NCBI GenBank assembly: GCA_963664325.2
Contig: CAXXDQ010000005.1
Span: forward strand, 32,001-96,000
DNA length: 64,000 bases
DNA from: Desulfomonilia bacterium
GTDB lineage: Bacteria; Desulfobacterota; Desulfomonilia; UBA1062
Direction: 5' to 3'
The translations under genes and the position numbers were made by a program. The notes under the pieces were generated by a model. That model was not told the origin of the DNA. It was given only the letters and a program-made list of their open reading frames with translations, and ran no database searches. This document shows, piece after piece, positions 1 to 9,838 of this stretch (position 1 is its first letter; every line of letters begins with the position of its first letter).

Positions 1-1905
1 GTCATGAAGAACGTCGGGACCGCCGCCGAGCCCGAGATCGACATGTCCCCGGATAAGCCGGTTGACCTGATCCCATCTGACATCAACACTGCCGAAATTC
101 TTTGATAATGTCATAGCCGCTTTTTCGAAGCCCGCGAGCATCCGTTCATTCGAGATGTCCTTCACTTCCGGCTTCTCGGCAGTCTCAATGATGTTCATAT
201 AACTCAGCACGGCCAGGGCTGCACCGCGGTTTTCCGGGTTTGTCTGCAGATTCCATGCGCCTAGAATCTTCCGTGCGTCCTTGAGCGTCTTGTCGCCGGG
301 TTCGGGCAGGGCCATGATACGGCTGACCATTTTGGCCATCTTGGACCCGGGCGCATAGGCCATGTCGTATTTGTATGTGTAGAAGGCCTCTTCGGTGATC
401 GAAGGATCTGCGCCCAGGAGTGCAAGCGCCCTCATGGAGCGGTTGGTCATGCGATCCTCGATCCCGAACTCCGGCGCGTAATCTTCCCTGCGCGGGTTCT
501 CCGGATCAAGGGTCGTGTGGAAAGGCGTGTTGTTGCAGTTTATGACGAAACCGGATGCAGGATTCTTTACGCGGGGTAGCTTGTCATAGGGCAGGTATCC
601 GGTCCAGAGAGTCTGAGATGTGTTGCCCGGTACTGCCTTTTTCCAGTCGAAACCCTTGGCCCTCAGCGGCAGGAGCGCCTGGTAGTGATAGAGGATATTC
701 CCCTCCTTGTCAGCATAGGTGCAGTTGAACATCGGGAGTGTAGACATCCGTACGGCCTGTTCCCACTGTTCCATCGTGTGGGCCTTGTTCATTCGGTACC
801 ACTGCTCCACCTGGCGGATATCGCCCATGCCCGCCCAGCGGATGGCAAAGACTCCTTGAGGCCTGCGTATCACCGGGCCGTAGACGGACCAGCCGACCTC
901 CATGTTGACGGTCCAGTGGAGCGGTCCCAGCAGCTTGACTCTGATGGGTACCTTGCGGATTTCGAGGTCGCGCCACTGCCCGTCGTAGCGGTACTGGTTT
1001 GGATTATCTGGGTTCATTTCAAGGAAATATGTATCCACCAGGTCGGGGTAGTTGTTCGTATGCGCCCAGCCCAGGTATTCATTGTGGCCGTGAAACACCA
1101 CAGGCGAACCGGGGAAAGTCCCGCCGGTCATGTTCCAGCCATCCTCGCTGTGCACCTGCACCTCATACCATGTTACCGGCCCTTCCCAGGGCTGATGCGA
1201 ATTGATGGCCAGGAGCGTCTTGCCGTCTGAGGCGCGCCTGGGGGAAACAGCCATGGCGTTCGAGCCCGCCCTGAAGCCCAGCAGAGAGAAGTCCTCATTG
1301 CCAAACGATGACGCGAGCATGCTGTCCGCTGCGGAGGCCGTTTCAGTTTGATTTACTCCGAACAGACCCTCCAGCACCTTGTCTACCCCGACCATGAGCG
1401 GCATCTTGTGAACGAAGCCGGCCACTATATGCCTGCCGTTGATAGGGAAAAGTCCGGGGAAGGCCTCATCGGGATGCAGGGCCGCATAGTAATTGACACC
1501 GTCGGCATAGGCCTCGCAAAGAGCGCGTGTATCGGGACTCAGGTCGGTCTCGTACCTCGCATTGATGGTGTCCCACAGGCGCATAAGCTGTACCAGGTAA
1601 TCGTTTCCGGCCCATTTGCGTCCGGCCACGGTTGCCAGATTGCCGTTAACCGCCATCAGCACAAGCTGACTGGTCTTGAAGTCATCCTGGGCATGGGCAT
1701 AGGCGAGGCCGAAAGCCACATCGGTGTCCTTCTTGCCGAAGATATGAGGCACTCCCCAGGAATCGCGCAGGATATGCACGTCGTATTTCGCCGCCAACAA
1801 AGACGGATCCGGTTGGGCTGCGCTTCCGGGGAAGGCTGTAATAAGAATTAGGGCGAGAATCGTAAAGATAAAAAAATATTTGCATGGACCGGTTTTTAAA
1901 TACAT
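1..1905 (-). CDS. Penicillin acylase-family Ntn-hydrolase (PvdQ/glutaryl-7-ACA acylase-like), secreted; 3' end outside window
   Basis: Missing from the ORF track because it runs off the edge. Manual translation from ATG 1905: MYLKTGPCKYFFIFTILALILITAFPGSAAQ (signal peptide), ILRDSWGVPHIFG, AYAHAQDD, beta-subunit start GSNAMAVSP...LLAINSHQPW, GHNEYLGWAHT. RBS GGAGG upstream. Confidence 0.9.
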   Translation of the reverse strand, partial: MYLKTGPCKYFFIFTILALILITAFPGSAAQPDPSLLAAKYDVHILRDSWGVPHIFGKKDTDVAFGLAYAHAQDDFKTSQLVLMAVNGNLATVAGRKWAGNDYLVQLMRLWDTINARYETDLSPDTRALCEAYADGVNYYAALHPDEAFPGLFPINGRHIVAGFVHKMPLMVGVDKVLEGLFGVNQTETASAADSMLASSFGNEDFSLLGFRAGSNAMAVSPRRASDGKTLLAINSHQPWEGPVTWYEVQVHSEDGWNMTGGTFPGSPVVFHGHNEYLGWAHTNNYPDLVDTYFLEMNPDNPNQYRYDGQWRDLEIRKVPIRVKLLGPLHWTVNMEVGWSVYGPVIRRPQGVFAIRWAGMGDIRQVEQWYRMNKAHTMEQWEQAVRMSTLPMFNCTYADKEGNILYHYQALLPLRAKGFDWKKAVPGNTSQTLWTGYLPYDKLPRVKNPASGFVINCNNTPFHTTLDPENPRREDYAPEFGIEDRMTNRSMRALALLGADPSITEEAFYTYKYDMAYAPGSKMAKMVSRIMALPEPGDKTLKDARKILGAWNLQTNPENRGAALAVLSYMNIIETAEKPEVKDISNERMLAGFEKAAMTLSKNFGSVDVRWDQVNRLIRGHVDLGLGGGPDVLHD

Positions 1906-2127
1906 ATTCCCTCCACGAAATATATGGCAATACTGTAAATCTACATCATAATATCAAGCCGTTCAAATTAAATTTAGTTCCCGGGAATCAATCAGCCAGC
2001 CGCCAGTTTACTGCCGCTCGATAAATCTCCATGGGACTTCTATACATGATAACTAAGCATACCGGGCCTTTTCCCGGGTTTGGATTTGCATATTGTTGAT
2101 ATTTGTCACGGCCTGCATTAATTGAGC

Positions 2128-2158
2128 TTGACATATGCAATCCATAAGGATTATTAAT
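2128..2158 (+). promoter_or_regulatory. sigma70-type promoter of the CrtI/GRE operon
   Basis: Perfect TTGACA at 2128-2133, followed 17-18 nt later by AT-rich TTATTAAT (2151-2158). Confidence 0.6.
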
Positions 2159-2163
2159 GGCAA

Positions 2164-2176
2164 CTGGTAATACCAG
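2164..2176. promoter_or_regulatory. FadR/GntR-family operator
   Basis: Palindrome CTGGT-AAT-ACCAG matches the TGGT-N3-ACCA box of FadR-subfamily regulators (PdhR/LldR type). It lies just downstream of the promoter, and a FadR-type gene is in the operon. Confidence 0.7.
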
Positions 2177-2211
2177 ATGCCATCATATCATAAATTATAA
2201 AGGAGAAGATT

Positions 2212-3714
2212 ATGTCGGATTTTAATGTCATTGTTATCGGAGCAGGCTGCGGAGGGCTTTCGGCTGCGGCGCAGCTTGCAAAAAACGGGCGAAAGGTGCT
2301 TGTCCTCGAGCAGGCTGAAAGGATCGGGGGCTGCTGTTCAACCTACGAGCAGAACGGCTTCAAGTTCGACATAGGCGCATCCATAGTCGAAGCGCCGGAC
2401 CTGCTTAACCGCGTTTTCGCCAAGCTTGGGACCACCCTGGAAAAAGAGGTCGACCTTATCGATTGCGATCCCATCTATACCGTGATCCTGCGAGACGGCA
2501 GCCGCATCACCATCCCGAAGTCGATTGCCGGAACGGAAGAGGCGATCAAGGCTGTCGAGCCTGCGGATGTCGAGGGGTGGAGGAAATATTCGAAGCTGAT
2601 GGACGATTTCAGCGGCACGCTGAACGACTTCTTTACGGAACCGGCGATGTCGCTCTCTGACATGGCCAAGATCGTGAAGGGTTCGCCCGCAATGCTCAAA
2701 TACGGCTCTCTTTTCGCTTCCAGCTATCAGGACGTCTTCAACAAATACTTCAAAAATGAAAATATAAAGGAATCCCTCGCATACCAGACATTTTTCATCG
2801 GGCTGCCGCCTGAACTTGCGCCCGGCATATTCGCTGTCATCCCCTATCAGGAGCATTTCGGCCTCTATTATGTCAGGGGCGGAATGATCGGCATCCCGGA
2901 GGCATTGAGACGGTGCGGGGAAAAGTCCGGCATGGAATTGAGGCTTAAAACAAAGGTTAAAAAAATTATCATCAGAAATAAACGCGCCGTCGGAGTGAAA
3001 CTGGAAGACGGCACCGAGATATCCGCAGATGTTGTGGTATCCGATATAAACGCGAAGACGCTCTATCTGGACATGATCGGCGAAGAGCATCTTCCCTGGC
3101 TGGCCCGCATAGGGGTCAAGAGCTATGAGACCACCATTGCCGTGCCGATGCTCTATGTGGGCGTTGACTACAAGCCGCCGCTCAATTCCCACCACACCCT
3201 TGTGACGGTGCCCATGGAGGAGATGAACGATTTCTGGTGGAGCGATTACCGCACCGGCGGGTTCACGAAGCGCCAGTTCGCCATCATAAGCTGGACCTCC
3301 CAGTCCGACCCGAAGCTGGCGCCCAAGGGCAAGCATGTACTGATCTTTACTCTGCCGCCGTCGCTCAGGACCTGCGGCCAGAAGACATGGGACGAGGCAA
3401 AGCCCGAGATGATCGAAAAATACATCGACTACTATTCAAAGAATTACGTGCCCGGCCTGAAAGAGCACGTCCAGGTGGCCGAACTCGCCACTCCGATTGA
3501 TTTCGAGCGCAGGCTCGGAACCCCGGATGGAGGCATCTACGGGCTCAAGCAGGACATGGCGCATGAGACCATTTTCCGCCCGGCCGCCAAATCCAAGTCG
3601 CTCGAAGGGCTTTACCTGGTCGGCGCATCCACCCACCCGGGCGGCGGCGTTCCCACGACGATGGTGTCCGGAATAGTGGCTACAAACCTGATTGAAAAAT
3701 ATGAGAAAAAATAG
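2212..3714 (+). CDS. Phytoene desaturase (CrtI)-family FAD-dependent oxidoreductase, paralogue 1
   Basis: N-terminal GAGCGG Rossmann motif, GGCCST...FDIGAS, C-terminal GLYLVGASTHPGGGVP; RBS AAGGAG. Confidence 0.88.
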   Translation: MSDFNVIVIGAGCGGLSAAAQLAKNGRKVLVLEQAERIGGCCSTYEQNGFKFDIGASIVEAPDLLNRVFAKLGTTLEKEVDLIDCDPIYTVILRDGSRITIPKSIAGTEEAIKAVEPADVEGWRKYSKLMDDFSGTLNDFFTEPAMSLSDMAKIVKGSPAMLKYGSLFASSYQDVFNKYFKNENIKESLAYQTFFIGLPPELAPGIFAVIPYQEHFGLYYVRGGMIGIPEALRRCGEKSGMELRLKTKVKKIIIRNKRAVGVKLEDGTEISADVVVSDINAKTLYLDMIGEEHLPWLARIGVKSYETTIAVPMLYVGVDYKPPLNSHHTLVTVPMEEMNDFWWSDYRTGGFTKRQFAIISWTSQSDPKLAPKGKHVLIFTLPPSLRTCGQKTWDEAKPEMIEKYIDYYSKNYVPGLKEHVQVAELATPIDFERRLGTPDGGIYGLKQDMAHETIFRPAAKSKSLEGLYLVGASTHPGGGVPTTMVSGIVATNLIEKYEKK

Positions 3715-3783
3715 TGATGAATGGCCAATGGTGAGTGAAAAGCTGAAAAAAATGAAACTCTATTATAAAAAGGAGATAGAATA

Positions 3784-3918
3784 ATGAAAAAGATAATATG
3801 TTTGGGAGTCATAGGTGCATGCGCATACTGCTATACAAAGCTCACGGATTCAAAGAAGCGCTTCATCAAGGAATTCGCCAGGCAGATACCATACCTTGTA
3901 CCGCGCTATTTCGTATAA
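3784..3918 (+). CDS. Small 44-aa protein (MKKIICLGVIGACAYCYTKLTDSKKRFIKEFARQIPYLVPRYFV)
   Basis: AAGGAG RBS at ~3770-3775, ATG 3784, TAA 3916-3918, 12 nt before the next start. Hydrophobic N-terminus followed by a basic amphipathic segment. Below the ORF-track cutoff. Confidence 0.7.
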   Translation: MKKIICLGVIGACAYCYTKLTDSKKRFIKEFARQIPYLVPRYFV

Positions 3919-3930
3919 GGGCGGCTCATC

Positions 3931-5430
3931 ATGGCTGACTATGATGTAATCGTAATAGGCGCCGGCAACGGAGGGGTCTCCTCGGGCGCACTGCTCGCCA
4001 AACAGGGCCGCAAGGTCCTGCTCCTCGAACAGAGCTCCGCCGTCGGCGGGTGCTGTTCGACATTCGAGAAGGACGGCTACAAGTTCGATGTCGGGGCCTC
4101 GATTGTGGAGGTGATAAAGCCTATTGAAATGGCGTTTGCCAAGCTCGGCACCACATTTGCCAAAGAGGTCGACCTCATAGAATGCGACCCGGTCATGACC
4201 ATCATCGACCGTGACGGCAGCCGCATCACGTACCCGAAATCAATCGATGCCACGGCACAGGCCATTTCGGCCATATCGCCCTCGGACGGCAAACGCTGGT
4301 ACGAGTTCGTAAAGGTAATGAGCGAATTTACCGATGTGGCGCTGAATGCATTCTTCCCGGAGCCTGCCGACTCCCTGGCCGATGTCGCGAAGATGTTTGC
4401 GAAAAACCCGAAATTCCTGAAGTTCCTGCCGCTCTTTGTAAAAAGCTACCAGGATGTCATGGAGAAATACTTCAAGGATGAGCGGATCCTCAAGACCATG
4501 GGCTACCAGTCGCTCTATTTCGGGCACCCGCCCGCAATAATTCCGGGCATGTTCGCGCTCATCCCCTATACCGAGCATATGGGGGTCTATTACCCCAGGG
4601 GCGGCATGATACAGATACCCGAAGCCTTCAGGCGCTGCGGCGAGAAGCTCGGCATGCAGGTGAGGTTCAACACCCTTGTAAAGAAGGTCATGGTAAGAGA
4701 CGGCAGGGTCCAGGGAGTCATCCTTGCAGACGGCACCGAGATAACCTCGAAAATTGTGGTGTCGAACATCAACGCCAGAACGCTCTATCTCGACCTGATC
4801 GGAGAAGAAAACCTGCCATGCATGGTGAGAACGGGAATTAAGAGCTACAAGTATTCCAAGGGCGTACCCATGATTTATGTGGGGCTCGACTATACGCCGC
4901 CGCTTGATTCACATCACAGCCTGATTGCCGTAACACCTCAGGGCGTCAACGACTACTGGTTCAATAATGTGGAAAAGGGGATACTGCCCGAGAACAACTT
5001 CGGCCTCATCTGCTGGCCGACGCATGCGGACAAATCTCTTGCACCGGCGGGCCATCATGTGCTCAACCTCATTCCGGAAGGGTTTTACCGCCTTGAGGGT
5101 ACGAACTGGGACGAGGAAAAGCCGCGCTTCATCGAGCGCACACTAAAGGCCCTGGACAAATTTGCGATACCCGGGCTGATGGATCACATCAAGGTGCTGG
5201 AATGCACGTCGCCGCTCGATTTCGAGCGCAGGCTCCTTCTGCCCGAGGGTTCGATCTATGCCCTTCAGCAGGACCTGGCGGCGGCCGCGGTTTTCAGGCC
5301 CAATGCCCGCTCAAGGGCGGTAAAGGGGCTTTATCTGACAGGCTCGTCAACTCACCCCGGCGGCGGCGTTCCCACTACAATCGCTTCGGGCTATATTGCA
5401 TCTAATATGATAGAGAAATACGAACAGTAA
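3931..5430 (+). CDS. Phytoene desaturase (CrtI)-family FAD-dependent oxidoreductase, paralogue 2
   Basis: GAGNGG motif, LYLTGSSTHPGGGVP; collinear with 2212-3714 over the full length. Confidence 0.88.
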   Translation: MADYDVIVIGAGNGGVSSGALLAKQGRKVLLLEQSSAVGGCCSTFEKDGYKFDVGASIVEVIKPIEMAFAKLGTTFAKEVDLIECDPVMTIIDRDGSRITYPKSIDATAQAISAISPSDGKRWYEFVKVMSEFTDVALNAFFPEPADSLADVAKMFAKNPKFLKFLPLFVKSYQDVMEKYFKDERILKTMGYQSLYFGHPPAIIPGMFALIPYTEHMGVYYPRGGMIQIPEAFRRCGEKLGMQVRFNTLVKKVMVRDGRVQGVILADGTEITSKIVVSNINARTLYLDLIGEENLPCMVRTGIKSYKYSKGVPMIYVGLDYTPPLDSHHSLIAVTPQGVNDYWFNNVEKGILPENNFGLICWPTHADKSLAPAGHHVLNLIPEGFYRLEGTNWDEEKPRFIERTLKALDKFAIPGLMDHIKVLECTSPLDFERRLLLPEGSIYALQQDLAAAAVFRPNARSRAVKGLYLTGSSTHPGGGVPTTIASGYIASNMIEKYEQ

Positions 5431-5438
5431 GGAAAACA

Positions 5439-6161
5439 ATGAAAGAATTACTCAGACCATTAAAGACCGAAAGCCTCAAGGAGGTTTTCATTTCACGCTT
5501 CGAAGGGCTGATCCTGTCCGGGAGATTCTCTATCGGACAAAAGCTGCCTTCAGAGCGCGAGCTTGCCCTTCAGCTCGGAGTCAGCCGCCCTGTCGTGCAC
5601 GAGGGTCTTGTCGATCTGGCAACAAAAGGCCTTGTCTCCATGAAACCCAGGGTTGGCGCAGTGGTAAGCGATTACAGGAGAGAGGGTTCGATAACCATAT
5701 TGAACTCTCTTCTCAACTACCATCAGGGCAGACTCAGTCCCGAACTGCTCCAGGGCATGATGGACATGCGCAAGCTCATGGAAATGGAGACTGCGCGTCT
5801 TGCAGCCATCAACAGAAAGGAAGATCATCTTGCCGAATTGAGGGAGCTTGTCAAGGAAGAGGCGCTATTAAATCCAAATGAGATAGACAGGCTGATAGAA
5901 ATGGATTTCAGGTTTCACCATTTGATAGCAATGGCTTCGGGAAATGTGATATATTCTCTTTTCCTAAACTCGCTTAAAGAGGTCTATACGAACCTCTCAA
6001 GTGAATTTTTTGCAGACACAGGCATGGCTCCCGTTGTTTCCGTTTTCCACTCCCGGATGCTGGAAGCGGTGGCAAAAAAAGACGCAAAGAAGTCTATGGC
6101 GATCATGAAACAGATTCTCGATCACGGAGAGGAGCGGCTGAAGGCCGCCCTCAAGATATAA
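5439..6161 (+). CDS. GntR/FadR-family transcriptional regulator
   Basis: KLPSERELALQLGVSRPVVHEGL winged HTH; C-terminal FCD domain (DFRFHHLIAMASGN). Confidence 0.93.
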   Translation: MKELLRPLKTESLKEVFISRFEGLILSGRFSIGQKLPSERELALQLGVSRPVVHEGLVDLATKGLVSMKPRVGAVVSDYRREGSITILNSLLNYHQGRLSPELLQGMMDMRKLMEMETARLAAINRKEDHLAELRELVKEEALLNPNEIDRLIEMDFRFHHLIAMASGNVIYSLFLNSLKEVYTNLSSEFFADTGMAPVVSVFHSRMLEAVAKKDAKKSMAIMKQILDHGEERLKAALKI

Positions 6162-6171
6162 GGAGGCATAT

Positions 6172-8682
6172 ATGGCAGCCGCATCTCTTCAGACAAAATA
6201 CCGTATCAAGGAACCGAAAGGCCTTTCCCCGCGCATCACATGGCTGAGGGATTATTTCTTCAAGGGTGTGAGCAGGGCATGGAACAACGAATATACTGCA
6301 TGGACCATGGGAGAACCCTGGGACGTTCAGTATAACGAGCTGACCTATTACATCGTGCCCGAGACTTACCCGTTCCTGCAGACGTTCCGCGCTTCGCTCA
6401 GTCAGGTCGCAAGAAAGGTCAGGCTGCCTAACGACTTCTGGAAGATGAGCCTGCCCGAACGCAGGGCCTGGTTCAACAGGGAGGTCGTGGTGAACTACCT
6501 GCCCCAGGAGATACTTCCAGGCGACCTTCTTGCCGGTTCCCGGTTCAACATCCACACGTCCATGTGCCTGACCGAGAAGGAGACAAAGGCCCGGGACAAG
6601 AAGATATTCGGCAAGACAGGCGCCCGCGCACGCATGAAGTGGTTCCATGATCACGGCTACGGCAATGCCGGCGCCACCTCCGGACACCTCATCCCCGGCT
6701 ACGAGCGCCTGCTCAAGATCGGCTGGAAAGGCGTTCACGCGGATATAAAGACAAAGTACGACGAGCTTTCGGCAACCGATAAAAAAGGCAAAAAAGGCGC
6801 CCAGCTCAGGGCCATGATTACCGCCTCCACTATGGCGCGCGACCTGGCCGCCAAGTACTCGGCGCTGTGCACCAGGCTTGCCGATGCCGAAAAGGATTTC
6901 ACCCGCAAAAAAGAGCTCAACACCATGGCGCACAACCTCAAGGTCGTGCCGTGGGAGCCGCCGCAGGACTTCTGGCAGGCCCTTCAGGCGCTGTGGCTCA
7001 ACCACATGCTGGTCATGAGCGATGAGAACTACCCCGGGCCCGGCGTTTCCTTCGGCAACTTTGACCGGATACTCGCTCCCTTCTGGGAAAAATCCATAGC
7101 CCAGGGCATGGACCGCGAATTCGGCAAGGAGATCATGAAGTGCATGTGGGTGCATGCCAACACAGCCTACGACGGCATGATACGCACCGGCGGCAACCAG
7201 GGCATAACGGCGGGCTTCGGCCAGCTGCTCACACTCTCAGGCCTCGGCCCTAACGGAAAAGACATGACCAGCGACATCACCTGGGCCGTGCTGGAAGTCA
7301 TAGACGAAATGACGCCCATACTCGAACCAAAACCCAATGTCAGGCTCCACAGGAATACGTCCGAAGAGCTGCTAGACAGGGTCGTCGACATGATCGAGAC
7401 CAGCCAGGGCGCACCGTTCCTGCTCAATTTCGACGAGCGCTCCATGGCCGGCATGATGCTCGAGGGCAAAAAGGCCGGGCTCACGCATCTCATCAATGAA
7501 ACAAACGTCAATGAATACGCGCCGGTCGGCTGCCTTGAAAACACAATGGTCGGCAACGACCGCTCGGGCACGGTCGACAACAACCTCAACCTTTTAAAGG
7601 CGGTCGAACTCGCGCTTACAGGCGGCAAAGACCTGCTCAAGTTCACGGACCCCATAACCATGATAGCCCAGCCTATCACCCAGGACGGGCCCGAGACGCC
7701 TGACCCGCGCACATTCAAGACCTTTGACGAATTCTGGAACTCCTTTGCCGTCCAGATGAAGTACATCGTTGCAAAATGCGTCGAAACATATGAACTCTCC
7801 GAGGAACTTCGAGCGCAGTATAACCCCACACCCTACCTTTCATGCCTGGTCAAGGGCTGCGCCGAAAAAGGCCTCGACATCACGCAGGGCGGCGCAGAGA
7901 TAAACTTCACCACTATCGAGGCCGTCACCTACGCAACGACAGTCGATTCACTCCTGGCCGTCAAATACCTCGTATTCGACAAAAAGGAATGCACCATGGA
8001 CGAACTCGTTAAAGCGCTTAAGGACAACTGGGCCGGCCACGAGGTGCTCCAGGCCAAGGCGAAATTCAAGGCCCCGAAATACGGCCGCGAGGACGACGAG
8101 GCGGACATGATGGCCAAAAAGGTCATGGACCTCTGGTGCGGCGAGACCTGGAAATATAAGACCGCATCGACCAACCGCCAGTTCCGCCCCGGCATGCTGA
8201 GCTGGAATTACTGGGTCGGCGACGGCTATGTCATGGCGGCCAGCGCTGACGGAAGGCCCAAGGGACAGTTCCTCTCCAACGCCATCTGCCCGTCTAACGG
8301 CGCGGACACAAAAGGTCCCACATCAAACACAAACTCCGTCGGCAAGGCGCTCGGCGGCAAAAGCGAAAACGGCGACTGGGAAGACTACCTCAACGCGCTT
8401 CCCAACGGCGCCAGCCATACCATCACCTTCAACCCATCGGTCCTGAAAGACCCCGAACACAAGGCCAAGTTCAAGGCATTCCTGAGGGCCTACGCGGAAA
8501 ACGGCGGGACCGCGCTCCAGATAAACATGCTCGACCCGGATATGCTCAAGGACGCCCAGAAACACCCGCAGGACTACCGCCACCTGCTCGTGCGGGTAAC
8601 AGGCTACAACGCCTACTTCACAAGCATAGGCCGCGAACTCCAGAACGAGGTCATCGAACGCCTGAGCCACTGCAAGTTTTAG
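6172..8682 (+). CDS. Glycyl radical enzyme (PFL-like family), function unknown
   Basis: Cys loop YAPVGCLE, C-terminal glycyl radical motif LLVRVTGYNAYF, APKYGREDDEAD, ASADGR; 836 aa. Confidence 0.93.
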   Translation: MAAASLQTKYRIKEPKGLSPRITWLRDYFFKGVSRAWNNEYTAWTMGEPWDVQYNELTYYIVPETYPFLQTFRASLSQVARKVRLPNDFWKMSLPERRAWFNREVVVNYLPQEILPGDLLAGSRFNIHTSMCLTEKETKARDKKIFGKTGARARMKWFHDHGYGNAGATSGHLIPGYERLLKIGWKGVHADIKTKYDELSATDKKGKKGAQLRAMITASTMARDLAAKYSALCTRLADAEKDFTRKKELNTMAHNLKVVPWEPPQDFWQALQALWLNHMLVMSDENYPGPGVSFGNFDRILAPFWEKSIAQGMDREFGKEIMKCMWVHANTAYDGMIRTGGNQGITAGFGQLLTLSGLGPNGKDMTSDITWAVLEVIDEMTPILEPKPNVRLHRNTSEELLDRVVDMIETSQGAPFLLNFDERSMAGMMLEGKKAGLTHLINETNVNEYAPVGCLENTMVGNDRSGTVDNNLNLLKAVELALTGGKDLLKFTDPITMIAQPITQDGPETPDPRTFKTFDEFWNSFAVQMKYIVAKCVETYELSEELRAQYNPTPYLSCLVKGCAEKGLDITQGGAEINFTTIEAVTYATTVDSLLAVKYLVFDKKECTMDELVKALKDNWAGHEVLQAKAKFKAPKYGREDDEADMMAKKVMDLWCGETWKYKTASTNRQFRPGMLSWNYWVGDGYVMAASADGRPKGQFLSNAICPSNGADTKGPTSNTNSVGKALGGKSENGDWEDYLNALPNGASHTITFNPSVLKDPEHKAKFKAFLRAYAENGGTALQINMLDPDMLKDAQKHPQDYRHLLVRVTGYNAYFTSIGRELQNEVIERLSHCKF

Positions 8683-8707
8683 GAAGAGGCAATGCTGACA
8701 AAAACTC

Positions 8708-8833
8708 CACCTCCCCCAACCCCCTCCTGTCGAGGAGGGGGCTATGCGTTAACAAGAATTCGCACGCTGTGCGAATTCTTGTTAGCCGGTTGCCCTCTTG
8801 CCCTTGAGGGCAAGAGGGGTGGGAGATGGGGTG
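8708..8833. repeat. Composite palindromic REP/REPIN-like element (three hairpins)
   Basis: Hairpins at 8720-8741 (CCCCCTCCT-gtcg-AGGAGGGGG), 8750-8784 (perfect 16-bp stem TAACAAGAATTCGCAC) and 8793-8818 (CCCTCTTGCCC-ttga-GGGCAAGAGGG), enclosed by C-rich/G-rich arms. Confidence 0.8.
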
Positions 8834-8846
8834 CGAGGACTGTATC

Positions 8847-9809
8847 ATGAGTAAGGGAACAGTACTGGAGATTCAGAGGATGTCTACCGAGGACGGGCCC
8901 GGCATCAGGACCACGGTCTTTTTGAAGGGCTGTCCGCTCAAGTGCATATGGTGCCACAACCCCGAGAGCATACTGATGAAGCCGCAGGTTCACTGGATAG
9001 GTTCGCGCTGTATCGGCTGCAATATCTGTATTGATACGTGTCCTGACAAGGCGCTTTCAAGGGGCAAAAAGGGGATAGTGATTGACAGGAATATCTGCAA
9101 AGGCTGCGGGAAATGCGCGGCGGAATGCCCGTCGACGGCCATGGAGCTTCTGGGCCATGAGTGGGATGCGGACAAGCTGGTTGACGAGCTCATAAAGGAC
9201 AGGGCCTTTTTTGAGACATCCGGCGGAGGGGTTACGGTTTCCGGCGGAGAGCCCACCATGCAGGCCGAATTCACGGCAGAGGTGCTTAAGCTGCTCAAGG
9301 GCAAGGGCATTCACACGGCGCTCGATACCTGCGGATTGTGCAGGAGGGAATACCTGGAAGGGCTTTTGCCCCTGGCGGACATGGTCCTTTTTGATCTGAA
9401 GGTCATGGATTCCAAGCTTCACAGGGAATTTACCGGGGCCTCCAATGAGAAGATTCATGAGAACCTGCTCTTCATAAGGGACTGGATGAAGGAAAAGGGC
9501 TCGCCGAAAGAGCTGTGGATAAGGACGCCCATCATTCCGGGTGCGACGGACAACGGGAAGCTGGTTAAGGAGATCGGGAAATATATTGCAGCGAACATAA
9601 ATGATGTTGTCAATCGCTGGGATTTGTGCGCCTTCAACAACCTGTGCAGGGATAAATATACAAGGCTGGGCCTTGACTGGACATACCACGATTCGAAGCC
9701 TCTTAAAAAAGAAACGATGGAGAAGCTTGCGGAGGCTGCAAGGCATTCGGGCGTGAACCCGGAGATAGTCCAGTGGAGCGGCGCGACGCGGCTCGAAGAA
9801 AATGACTAA
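8847..9809 (+). CDS. Glycyl-radical enzyme activating protein (radical SAM, with 2x[4Fe-4S] ferredoxin insert)
   Basis: DGPGIRTTVFLKGCPLKCIWCHNPES, CIGCNICIDTCP and CKGCGKCAAECP, GGVTVSGGEP. Start taken at ATG 8847 because ATG 8826 lies inside the palindrome. Confidence 0.94.
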   Translation: MSKGTVLEIQRMSTEDGPGIRTTVFLKGCPLKCIWCHNPESILMKPQVHWIGSRCIGCNICIDTCPDKALSRGKKGIVIDRNICKGCGKCAAECPSTAMELLGHEWDADKLVDELIKDRAFFETSGGGVTVSGGEPTMQAEFTAEVLKLLKGKGIHTALDTCGLCRREYLEGLLPLADMVLFDLKVMDSKLHREFTGASNEKIHENLLFIRDWMKEKGSPKELWIRTPIIPGATDNGKLVKEIGKYIAANINDVVNRWDLCAFNNLCRDKYTRLGLDWTYHDSKPLKKETMEKLAEAARHSGVNPEIVQWSGATRLEEND

Positions 9810-9838
9810 AATTAAAAAAATATATCAAGTTTTAAACT

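Noticed and set aside
685-1851. Plus-strand ORFs 685-1230 and 1348-1851
   Set aside because: Antisense shadows of the minus-strand acylase gene, which has clear family motifs.
2212-5430. Carotenoid biosynthesis cluster
   Set aside because: No phytoene synthase, GGPP synthase or cyclase in the window.
6172-8682. Calling the GRE pyruvate formate-lyase (pflB) or 4-hydroxyphenylacetate decarboxylase
   Set aside because: No adjacent Cys-Cys pair as in PFL; no Cys-rich HpdC-like gene next to it; GCLE alone is not diagnostic.
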